Assembly: GCF_006345805.1 (NCBI RefSeq)
Contig: NC_042997.1
Location: forward strand, 118,234,001-118,298,000
From: Octopus sinensis
Taxonomy: Eukaryota
Length of the DNA: 64,000 nucleotides
Reading direction: 5' to 3'
Position numbers and translations under genes: made by a program. Each line of letters opens with the position of its first letter. The stretch's first letter is position 1. A model generated the notes under the pieces. It did not search any database and was not told the origin of the DNA. It saw nothing but the letters and a program-made list of their open reading frames with translations. Below are positions 41,266 to 53,083 of this stretch, piece by piece.

Positions 41266-42131
41266 CAAAAAAATATATATATAAACAAGTAAAGTTAATT
41301 ACCTCATCAATATGACTGTCCGATGTTACTACTGTTTTAAATCCAAGGCAGATCTTCTGACAACTACTTATAGGTGCAGCCTGCATCTATAACTACCTGG
41401 CAGATTTACCTGGGCTTAAAGTAGTAGTAACACAGAACAGTCATATCAATACGGTGATTAACTTTACTTGTTAGTATAGTTAGTATTCTCATCTCTTGAG
41501 ATTATCCAACAACTGGCTACTTTGCTAATATACATGTACACACACACACACTCACACAGACACACACGCACATATATATATATTCGTATACACACGCACA
41601 CCCATGAATATAATTGTGTTGTAACATGGCTAACTGACTATGCATCAGAACGCTTCATGGCATGTTAAAGCTCACGCAGGCATACATGCATACACATATA
41701 TTAATTACCAAATCAAAGAAGTGAGCTATGTTTTCTTCCATTTTTGACAGCTGTTTCGGCATATGTATCTACTGCCATCAACGACCCCAATTCGTCTCAC
41801 ACACACAAATAAATACATAAACATATAAATATAATTGTGATGTAACATAATGAACAGATTACTTATTAAAATGTATTATGGCAAGAACATTTCAGAACTG
41901 TTAGATTTAGCAAATTTTCTTATAACATATTAGCTGTACATAAATGCTTCACGCTAGGAGGGACTCTTAATGTCAGACTTTAAGAGTCCCTCCTAGTGTG
42001 AGACATTTATATATAGTAATGTCCTAAATATAAGTAAATATATTTAAGAGGAATAATTGATGGATTTTTTCCTTATCAGGTTTTTCACGCTAACTACTTG
42101 ATAAATTCTTAAAGATTTTATCCTATCTTTC

Positions 42132-42188
<57 letters not shown>

Positions 42189-42259
42189 AGCATACGGACA
42201 TGTTTAGTGTGTTGATATTTTTAATGTATTCCGTCGACGACAATCTCATCATATTTTAC

Positions 42260-42419
42260 AGGCGCAGGAGTGACTGTGTGGTAAGTAGCTTGCTTACCAA
42301 CCACATGGTACCGTGTTCAGTCCCACTGCGTGGCACTTTGGGCAAGAGTCTTCTACTATAGCCTTGGGCCGACCAAAGCCTTGTGAGTGGATTTGTTAGG
42401 CGGAAACTGAAAGAAGTCC

Positions 42420-42463
<44 letters not shown>

Positions 42464-42491
42464 ATATATACATACGACGGGCTTCTTTCAG

Positions 42492-42550
<59 letters not shown>

Positions 42551-42583
42551 CATACGACGGGCTTCTTTCAGCTATATATATAT

Positions 42584-42632
<49 letters not shown>

Positions 42633-42861
42633 GTGTGTATATATGTTTATGTGTCTGTGTTTGTTCCCCCAACATCGCTTGACAACCGATGCTGGTGTGT
42701 TTACGTTCCCGTAACTTAGAATTTCGACAAAAGAGACCGATAGAATAAGTACTAGGCTTACAAAGAGTAAGTCCAGGGGTCGATTTACTCGACTAAAGGC
42801 GGCGCTCCAGCTTGGTCACAGTCAAATGACTGAAACAAATAAAAGAGTAAAAGAGTAAAAG
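42260..42861 (+). mobile_element. SINE family B, full length, with expanded internal (TA)n
   Basis: Head, internal microsatellite and aaaagagt tail. Confidence 0.9.
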
Positions 42862-43544
42862 TGTATAATATAGCTGGGATCACATTTTCACATGTACTTT
42901 TCTTTAAAAATGGAAATCAGGGTAGAATTTGGCTGCAATTTCCAGCATTTCGATTGACCACGTCGTAGTTTCTTCTACAATGTATTTTAAGATGTTGTTT
43001 TGTGGCTATGGTAAATTCTATTTATTTTAGAGTTAGCATCCACAATATTATTGATTTTTTGTTTGGTATTTACATTCTTCGGTATTTAGAATGTTGCCTT
43101 TGGTAATGTATGTAATTTCAGCATTCCCGCTGTAAATGCTTTAAGCAGAACAACATTTCTGGCATCGGCAGCATGCTGCGTTAGCATATAGAAGATTTAG
43201 CGTATTTGTCTTACACTGTCGATTTTAATCCATTATAATTAATTATTTTATTGTCGTTGAATTTCATTATAGATTCAGATTACCCGAGTTAATACAGTTT
43301 ACAAACACTGTGTCATGGATGGATAATCTCGATTCTCTGAAAGCGTCTCATTGGGAATATGAGAAATTCGCTTCAGTTTACATTTGCCATATATCAGTCA
43401 CATCGCTGAGAAATACATCGAGTTCTGAATATGTAAACATTAATACAGTCCTCTTCAATAATAAAAAGTCACGACTGTTGCAAAAAACAAACAAACAAAC
43501 AAAAAAACACCTGTACAGTGCCAGCTTTACACAGCAACAGCAAA

Positions 43545-43965
43545 CGTGGATGCGCAATGGCCCAGTGGTTAGGACAGAGGACTCGCGGTCGTAAGAACAC
43601 TGTTTCAATTCCCAGACCGGGCATTTTGAGTAGATATTCTAAAAACGTTGAGGCAGATTCGAACGCAAAATAAGCAAGTTGCTGCAGTGCTGCTCACAAG
43701 AGAACAACTCTTTTTTACAACGACAGTATGTTCATAACACGCTCGGCTCATTGGGGCAAGGGAGACTGGGATGGAGGTGCAATGGCCTAGTGGTTAGGGC
43801 AACAGACTCGCGATCGTAAGAACGTGGTTTCAATTCTCAAACTGGGCATTGTGAGTGTTTACTGAGCAAAAAAAAAAAACAATACCTAAGCTTTACGAGG
43901 CTCCGGCGGGTGGGGGTGAACCCCGCTGTACACTTTCACCACAACTTTCTCTCACTCTTTCTTCC
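43545..43965 (+). mobile_element. Two partial family C SINE copies
   Basis: Heads at ~43550 and 43773 (gcaatggcc.agtggttagg.ca..gactcgcg.tcgtaagaac). Confidence 0.75.
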
Positions 43966-44559
43966 TACTTCTATCACAAAGCAGAGGAACCATGCAGTAA
44001 CCCCCTATAGTGTGGTAAACTTTCAGACCCACTCGTTAAAAGCCGCCGTTTACGGAATAAGGATAACAACGTAACTTTCGCGCCCGTGCAACCGCCAGTC
44101 TATCGCGTATGGTGGGTGGATCTTCAAGTTGTCACACGCATTCTTAGTAGCTTAGAGTAGGCTCGAATTAGAGATTATTCTTTGTGGCTAATGGCTCGAG
44201 CTGATTGGAAGAAGAAGAAGAAGAAGAAGAAGACGAAGAAGAAGACAAAGAAGAGGAGGCGGAGGAGGAGGAACAGCAAACAGCTGCCTACTACTCACCA
44301 AAGCTGCTGTAAATGCGCGGCTTCATAATCTCTGTTAATCACTTATTTCGTTTTTGGATTTGGTTTTCAAGATTCTTTATATGAGTTCGTGTGTTGAAGC
44401 ATATTCTGTTGTGTCTGTGGAGAGTCATTTTCTTTTTGTGCCACCCGTGAGTGTGTTAAATTATAAGGCACAAAAAGAAAATGACTCTCCTCAGACACTT
44501 ACTTATTATCTGACATTTATAACATAACCAAAGCTACTTTGTGAAGACAATCTCCAAGA

Positions 44560-45070
44560 CTGGAAGGTGCATTATTTTTAATGAGTGGTTGCATCTTTAT
44601 AAAACTCAAGTAAAGCCCGCTTCGAAACTGCTCAAACATGGAAATGTGCTGCTACTACATACGATAACATTCTAGATTACAATCAAAAGAACCCGTTATA
44701 ATGACTGAGAAAAATTTATTCACCAGTACATTGCCACTGTTACCATCAGCGCACAGAAGCGCCCACGCTTCTTCTCTTATTCTATTTAAGTCACTACTAC
44801 AACCTTTTCGGTTTCTTTGCTGTGAGTAGCTGCATGGAATCTCAGTTCCGAGTAGCTGAATTAGATATTTCTCCTAACATCATAGTTATAATTTCTCACT
44901 TTTTGGTCCTATACTAAATATTTTCCTCAACCTTTACTCTACAGAACAGCACATCACAGCAATCTTCTGAAATTTACTTCCTTTCAATCTTTTTCCCTCT
45001 AGACTCCATTTACAGATAATCAAACTGAACATCGATGCATCGTTCTCACTCTTCTCCAAGATTCCCCAAT
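44560..45070 (+). mobile_element. Highly decayed CR1/L2-group LINE 3' fragment
   Basis: LYKTQVKP and F*NLLPFNLFPSRLHLQIIKLNID loosely resemble the LYKxQxRP and WNSLP..FP..YNL..FK C-terminal motifs. Confidence 0.4.
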
Positions 45071-45389
45071 AGTGATGGTTGCTAACTTACCTTTCCTGGC
45101 TAAAATATTAAAAATAAAATCCCACTTTCCGTTATCTTCATGAAATTCTGTAACAAATTTGACAACGCACGTACAATACATTCTTGTGAAACGTAATGTG
45201 AGAATGTAGCAAAGTTGTCAAAATAATTCACCATATTCACAGAAACTAAAAATAAATAAACTTGTTCTAAAGCTGAGTTTATAAGTGATTCTTAATATAA
45301 CTCGAACGCATTTGAATTGGCCACTGACTGGACACTGGGGATAACCACCCAAGAAATGGACAGCTGTGTGACTGGCGGAATTTCTGATA

Positions 45390-45850
45390 TCATGTTCTTT
45401 TTTTTTCATGGGGTAGTCATCAGACTCCTCATCCATAGGGTCTCATCAGAACGAATCGTATTGGATTTTCCGGCTAGACTCCGAAGCTCCGAAGCATGAC
45501 CAACTTAGACTATGAATATTATGTAACCATCACTTTCTTGGTCTACCTTTACGCCTCCTGCCGATTAGCTTGGCATGAAAAACCTTGCGATTTCTTCCTG
45601 CGACATTCTAAACACATGTCCATAGTAACGAAGCTATGACCTCTCAGTGCAGGGAAACAATGGCCCGACTTGAAAAGAGTCTTTGATCTCCTAGCTAGAA
45701 CATTTATTGAGTAAAGTTTTACCAGAGATCATTTGGAGGAACCATGCTTCGGTCGCTTGGATTTGCAAGTGTACGTTTTCATTATTACCCAGCATTCTTC
45801 CAAGACACTACCCAAAATAGCTGACGTATCTGTTTGCTTATATAAGTACA
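45390..45850 (-). mobile_element. Decayed RTE-clade LINE 3' fragment
   Basis: IQATEAWFLQMISGKT..EIKDSFQVGPL..LRYYGHVFRM, followed by a GRP-W-like region with frameshifts. Confidence 0.7.
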
Positions 45851-47764
45851 CCATAACCTAACATTGTTCTCTACGCAAGCGCTATAAATACACAAAGGAA
45901 GAGGAATAGAATACACCGAGCACAAATACATGCTTAGGGTCAAGAAAGAAATATTTGCAGCAAAGAATTTTCTTTAGTTTGATAGCTCCATCAATAACAA
46001 TGGAAAATAAACAAAACAAGAAGGGTTTCTGTTATTATCCATGAACTATAACATATTTCATCATCTAAAATTGCGGAGAAGTGTAACTGTATGGTATCTT
46101 TCGACACAGCTATTTTCTTCAGTGGATGTAGATCATAATATTGGTTTCAAATTTTGGCACAAGGCCAGAAATTGTGAGTGAAGGGAACTACTCGATTGTA
46201 TCGACCTCATAGTTCAATTGGTATTTATTTTATCGACCCCGAAAATGATGAAAGGCAAAATCGACTCCGGCGACATTTGAACTCAGATCGTCAAATCGGA
46301 TGAAATGCTGCTTAGCGTTTATTCCGGTGTTGTAATGGAGGTCAGCAAGTTGATGTTCAGATTCCATATCAAGTCTATTTGAATATATCTATGATCAAAG
46401 GCGTTCCAGAAATGACAATCTTTTTGAGATAAAAAATTACATTGTGGTCAGATCGCCAGTCTTTGACGCAGTACCACAAATCTGCAAGACAAGAACCTGC
46501 TCGAGGAGGGACGCAGGATTAAATCAGGATTATTTGAGTGCTTTGTCTTGCATCTCTTCATAATGAATTTCAGATCCTCTTGGATTTGATCTTAAGTTTA
46601 ATCATCACAAAATCAATAAAATAAGTATCAGTAATTCACTTGGATTGATTGAATCGATTTTATTCAGTAGATATTTTTGGCATTCTGTTTGTAACGAAGG
46701 TATCAATACAAGGAGAAAATGTCAAACTAAGTTTGATGTGATTGTTATCGATGTTTGATGGAGGAAACTTGTCATCAAAGTTATTCCAGCTGTGACTGTT
46801 CAGTTTTTTGCGAGGCATTTTATATCTACGAATACATTACCCATTGTGTACTTTCCCTTCAATAAGACAGTTAGGAGAGAAATTTAACTACTATTACTGT
46901 CAGGTCAAATACACGTTGTGGTTCCCAGTATTTGCTTTAGACATGTAACTTGTTTATTGAGATCAAGTTTGATACGTAAAACACTGTTGGAAAAGTGATT
47001 TCTATAATAGATAACATACAAGATGTGTTTGATATAACCTTCGGCAACGATTAAAAAATAAATGCTATTTACAGTTGAAGTAAACAAATATAGCACACTT
47101 CTAGAAGATATACACAGTGGAGCTAGTAAGGTATTAACGAAAATTCCTGGTCATATCACGATATCTAAAGCACTTTTTTTTTTGATTTTAGAAAAGACGT
47201 CGACAAAGAGTGACGAACAAGAAGAAACAAATACGAAAATAGGAAAGACTATGACTTATTTTAGTATTCGAACAACAAGAGAAAAAGTTTTAAAACACCA
47301 ACTCGATTTGAACACTGGTAATAAATCATTAAATTTCATTAAAGAAAGAAGAAACAAAACAAAACCAAAGTATAACCGTATAAAGATAAAATAAAAATTA
47401 AAAATGCATCATATGATTGAAAACTGTCACGAAGTCTGAATGATAAAAATCTAGGAAAGCATAAGAAATTGCTAGCGAAGGATATCACATACAGTCACAC
47501 TTATATATACATGGGTTCAGTTAATAAAAATACATAAAACAGAACGAAATAGAAAACACACATGTATACACTCGCAGATACATGTATAGTAACAAAGCTA
47601 ATACGATACAGATATATACGAAAAAGTTCTAATATTATACAGAACGAAAGAAAAATATTTAAAGATGCCAAAACAAGGAAACATTCTTGAAAGGTCTAAA
47701 TCAACTCAGATTACAATTGACAGTTGCGTTACAAAATTTGAAAACAAAACTACTGTATATCCAT

Positions 47765-47802
<38 letters not shown>

Positions 47803-48861
47803 TATATATATATATATGTGTGTGTGTGTGTACACATAGATAAACATATATATATAAATGTGTGTGTGTACATACATATGTGGGTATGTATGTATATATG
47901 ATTATATTTGTTTGTGTGTATGTTCACAAATACACATGCACACATGTAAGTATGTGTGTGAACGTATTATCTTTCCAAATACAAGCAGATATTCACTAAA
48001 CAATGGACATTGAGAACAGTGCAGCAATCTGAGACACTCTAAACTTTTACAGTTGTTGGGAATTTTTTAAAGCATATAAGCACGAACTATCGCCACTAAC
48101 ACGCAAGGTAACATGATAAACTATATTTAAAACTTCCGTAGATGAAATATCTTCACAGACAATTTCTATATAAAAATTGTTAGCGTTCAAATACATTTCT
48201 ACAGTAACTTTCAAAACATCGATATTTCAAATATTGGGGAGATCGTATGCATTAAGGAAGGCATGACTATCACGTGTTCAATTACCTTCCCATCCTTGAA
48301 ATAAACCGCCAGTAATATTTCGTCTACATGGAATGCGCAGTAAATTCCTGACGAACCGACTCCACAAACTGCTTTAAATTTCCTTTTAAAACCATTTCTG
48401 TCACGCCATTGATAATGCTGTCGGAGAAAACAAGGTTATATAATATCATTTGTTATTCTTCATAAATTAGAGACTCCTTCTGTACAAGAATTCCAATATT
48501 CGTGCGACAAATAATTTATAATAAACACAATTATTCTACCGGTAATTATGCTCAGTCGAAAAACTCTTGAGCAAACTCTAGCATCACACATACATACACA
48601 CACACTTGAAAATGGAAATGTGTGTGTGTGTGACCGTGCGTGTGTGAGTTTGTGTGTGTGTGTGTTTACCTGATTCCAAACGTGAGGGAGAAAGTACTCA
48701 ATACGAAAGAGCCGAGATTACATTCTGTTACTCGCAAGATTTATAATATATTCACACATGCACATACATACGCACACAGCACCGTGAATACATATAGTTC
48801 TGTCAATGAATGAATTAATATATGAATGGTTCCATCCATCCATCCATCCATCCATCCATCC

Positions 48862-48952
<91 letters not shown>

Positions 48953-49726
48953 CTTCTTTCTCGCTCACTTTCTGTCATTCGATTTACATGTGCGCGCAAC
49001 TCTTACAAAATGCACACACATATAGACACATATATATATGTATGCATTTTGTACATAACTCGTACTTACCTCCAAATCATAATTACCATAGACTACTTCT
49101 TCACATTCACTCTTACCCCAATCTCTCAGCAACTCCCAATCTCCTTCTACGCTCAGCTATTCTTAATCTTCTAGGCTATCTCCTGCGTTAATCCTATTTT
49201 ACATTAATAACACCTTAGCATCATTTATATATCATAACCCAGTCTATCATGGTTACTCTCACCTAGCCTTGTATATTGTGGAATAGCTTTGTATCACTTC
49301 CTAGCATAACACCTGTTTCTGTTCTGTGCCTTTCAACACATGGCATAATACCGCTTCAATCACTACTATATTCCCACTCAGGCCTAGATGTTTTTACTCT
49401 TACTAGTGGAGGTGCCAGGATAACGCACTCAATACACAACCGTGGATAGCATGGAAAACTGATCTTAGATGACGATATTTATATATATATATTATATATA
49501 TATATATATATAATATATATATATATATATAAATAGATGAGTGTATTTTTACCTTGTTAACAATTAACACGGAAAATAAATAAATAGTTACCAGGGGAGC
49601 AAAAATCTCACAAGTAAAGATGTTGTAACTCCTTGTTTATAAAGGTTGAAACTTCGTGTTTACGTTGAATATCTTGAATAATATGAATAAAAAATGGAGT
49701 TAACGCAGGTTTAAACAAGTATTTTT

Positions 49727-49812
49727 ACTTTCGACACATGTTTCGAAAATTCCACTGATACTATTCAAAAGAATAAATGGTATAAACAATGGAATCTTCT
49801 CTTCGGGAAAGT
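49727..49812 (-). ncRNA. Type I hammerhead ribozyme in the PLE 3' repeat (inverted copy)
   Basis: ACUUUC-CCGAAGA-GAAGAUUCCA...UGGAAUUUUC-GAAAC AUGU GUC-GAAAGU: 6-bp stem I, 10-bp stem II, core variant CCGAAGA. Confidence 0.75.
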
Positions 49813-52471
49813 GAAAAAAACGAAACTCGTCAATACGACATTTTAGCAAAAAATGACGGATTTGTATAGCGATAGACAGAACGCTATTAATATTGTTTAA
49901 AAAGACGTTATATGATATAACGTCATAAGTAGCTAACAGAAAGAGTAGGGATAGTAATAGTGAATGTTAAATATAAAGGAAATTAAAGTTTAAATTATAA
50001 TGATAGAGACTACTTATATGCACTAAATGTATGTTTCTGCCAATGCTTACATCTGTATGCTCGTTCTATAACCGTGTTTACTAGAGTATTTTTAGAAAAA
50101 ATAATGAAAAATAGCTCAGAATTGCAGAGAAGACAGAATTTCTTGCCTTTGTAATATGGTATCGAAATTGAGAGGATCAACCATTCTAAATGAAATTGTT
50201 CATTGTGGTCTTTTAAATCCCAAATCAGTTTGCTGAGACGGTACTATTCCGTTTATTTCTATCCCTAAATGTTGAGTAATGGATAGAAATTCTTTTAGAT
50301 AACTCTAACGATGTGCTTCCAATGTAAAATCGTACTTTATTACGAGTACTGATTATACACTGGTATATAGAATTTTTAATCTTAGAGTTACTTGACATAA
50401 ATTTAATTCTATTGGAATTGACTTCAGATACAATAACCTTGTTATTAATATTTCTAGAGGGTTGGATGGTATTAGCTAAATTAATGTTAGTATTAGTAAA
50501 TGTATTAATATTTAACAGTTTGTTATTATGAGAAGATATAATTTGCAAGAGATTTTTTGTGTTTGAAAAACCTATCCTAACCTTATGTGAATTAATTATA
50601 GAGTAATAAAATATACTAGATAAATATATTCCTAATTTAATCAAAACATTAAAACTTAGTTTATGGACTAATTCATTTGAAGTAGTTGACTGGTTTAGGT
50701 CTATTAACAGTAAGGTGAGTACTAAGTTTATCCAGTTTGATATTTCCAATTTTTATTCGTCTATTAATCCAATAGTAATAAGGCACTTTGGCTTGCTCAT
50801 AACAAAGCTAGTCTCACCCGAGAAGAAATTAATGTTGTGTTGGCAGCCAGAAGATCTATTATTAAATTTGATGATAAGTTTTGGGTCCGTAAAGACACAC
50901 CAGATAGTTTCGATATACCAATGGGAAGTTCTGATTCAGCACAGATAGCTGATTTGGTCTGTATATATATTCTTTTTGAAGTGGCTGAAGAGTTCCCTAA
51001 CATTTATGGAGGTCTATATCGTGATGATTGTTTACTTTACCTCCAAAATGTTTCCAACCAAAGGTACAAAAGTTAAGAATAGTTTAGTTAATTTTTCCAG
51101 TAGAATGGGCTTAAAAATCGTTTTGATGACGATCTGACGAAGGCCAACTTTTTAGATATTACGCTTAATTTACACAGTGACTCTTACTTCCCATATCATA
51201 AACCGTTGACCAATCTTAAGTACATTAGCAAATTTAGTAATCATCCTGGAGCAATTACTAAGAATTTAGTTAGAATATTTCATTTAGATTATCTAAATTA
51301 TCTGCTAATGTTGATATTTTCAATAATAACGCTGAATTCTATAACTCTGCTTAATCAAAGCAGGTTATACAGAAAACATTTTCTACATTGATTCTGCTCA
51401 GTCTAATTGTAAATTCAATAATGTAGATATGATTTCTAGTCGTAAAAGAATTATTGATAACAAACATAACTTACGCACCGATACAAAGCGAATGAAGGCA
51501 GATAACCCTATTTAATCCCCTATTATCGATCTAAAAGTAAATATAACACCTTCAAAAGTAATTACGCTATGAATACTAGTAAAAATATTTGTTAATCCTT
51601 ACGGGGAACAAATTAAATCTAATCTCCCGCTGCTGTTTCGTCAAGCTATTGCTAGGAATTTTCCAAACAATTCTAGATATTACTCTATAATTAATACACA
51701 TAAGGTTAGGATAGGTTTTTCAAACACAAAAAATCTCTTGCAAATTATATCTTCTCATAATAACAAACGTTAAATATTAATACATTTACTAATACTAACA
51801 TTAATTTAGCTAATACCATCCAACCCTCTAGAAATATTAATAACAAGGTTATTGTATCTGAAGTCAATTCCAATAGAATTAAATTTTTGTCAAGTAACTC
51901 TAAGATTAAAAATTCTATATACCAGTGTATATCAGTACTCGTAATAAAGTACGATTTTACATTGGAAGCACATCGTTAGAGTTATCTAAAAGAATTTCTA
52001 TCCATTACTCAACATTTAGGGATAGAAATAAACGGAATAGTACCGGTCTCAGCAAAACTGATTTGGGATTTAAAAGACCACAATGAACAATTTCATTTAG
52101 AATGGTTGATCCTCTCAATTTCGATACCATATTACAAAGGCAAGAAATTCTGTCTTCTCTGCAATTCTGAGCTATTTTCATTATTTTTCTAAAAATACTC
52201 TAGTAAACACGGTTATAGAACGAGCATACAGATGTAAGCATTGGCAGAAACATACATTTAGTGCATATAAGTAGTCTCTATCATTATATATAATTTAAAC
52301 TTTAATTTCCTTTATTTTAACATTCACTATTACTATCCCTACTCTTCTGTTAGCTACTTATGACGTTATATCATATAACGTTTTTTTAAACATATTAATA
52401 GCGTTCTGTCTATCGCTATAACAATCCATCACTTTTGCTAAAATTTCGTATTGACGAGTTTCGTTTTTTTC

Positions 52472-52558
52472 ACTTTCCCGAAGAGAAGATTGCATTGTTT
52501 ATACCATTTATTCTTTTGAATAGTATCAGTGGAAATTTTCGAAACATGTGTCGAAAGT
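52472..52558 (+). ncRNA. Type I hammerhead ribozyme in the PLE 3' repeat (sense copy)
   Basis: Same motif as 49727-49812, about 200 nt downstream of the end of the coding region. Confidence 0.75.
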
Positions 52559-52740
52559 AAAAATACTTGTTTTAAACCTGCGTTAACTAACTCCATTTTT
52601 TTATTCATATATTATATATATATAATATATATATTATATAATTTAACAATTGAGGGCAAAATTAATAATTATTAATCAATTTCACCACATGTTCAGTATG
52701 CAAAGGGACCATTCAAGGCGAATTCAAATTATTACCATTA

Positions 52741-53024
52741 TATAAAAGGGCTTAGTAAAATAAATTACTTTGCCCATACTGAACTCATTAGAATAGCAGC
52801 TAAAGAACTTTTTTAAAGCTATTCTAATACTTAAAAAAATCTCTCTCATATATAGTGTTTGCTTATTCAACTCACATTTACTTTTTTTGTGAGTTGAATT
52901 AAGCAAACACTATATATGAGAGAGATTTTCTTTAAGTATTAGAAATAGCTTAAAAAAGTTTTTAGCTGCTATTTCTAATGAGTTCATATGCGGCAAGTAA
53001 TTTATTTTACTAAGCCCTTTTATA
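52741..53024. repeat. ~135-bp-arm inverted repeat with an 11-nt loop
   Basis: 52741-52876 versus 52888-53024; differences are mostly indels. Confidence 0.9.
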
Positions 53025-53032
53025 CATATATC

Positions 53033-53083
<51 letters not shown>

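Larger units (their letters stand above)
49531..52610 (+). mobile_element. 5'-truncated Penelope-like retroelement (RT plus C-terminal GIY-YIG) preceded by an inverted copy of its own 3' end
   Basis: From ~50609 on +: LWTNSFEVVDWF, KFIQFDISNFYSSI, FDIPMGSSDSAQIADLV, GLYRDDCL, then IYQC..FYIGST..KRISIHYSTF and PYYKGKKFCLLC. ~49680-50608 is the reverse complement of ~51678-52610. Confidence 0.92.

Noticed and set aside
47062-47394. 110-aa ORF in non-repetitive AT-rich DNA
   Set aside because: No recognisable motif; its low-complexity K/T/N composition is expected from A-rich sequence.
52685-52800. Possible hammerhead on the minus strand (CUAAUGA plus a 10-bp stem)
   Set aside because: The stem is not followed by GAAA-NUH, and no stem I can be formed.
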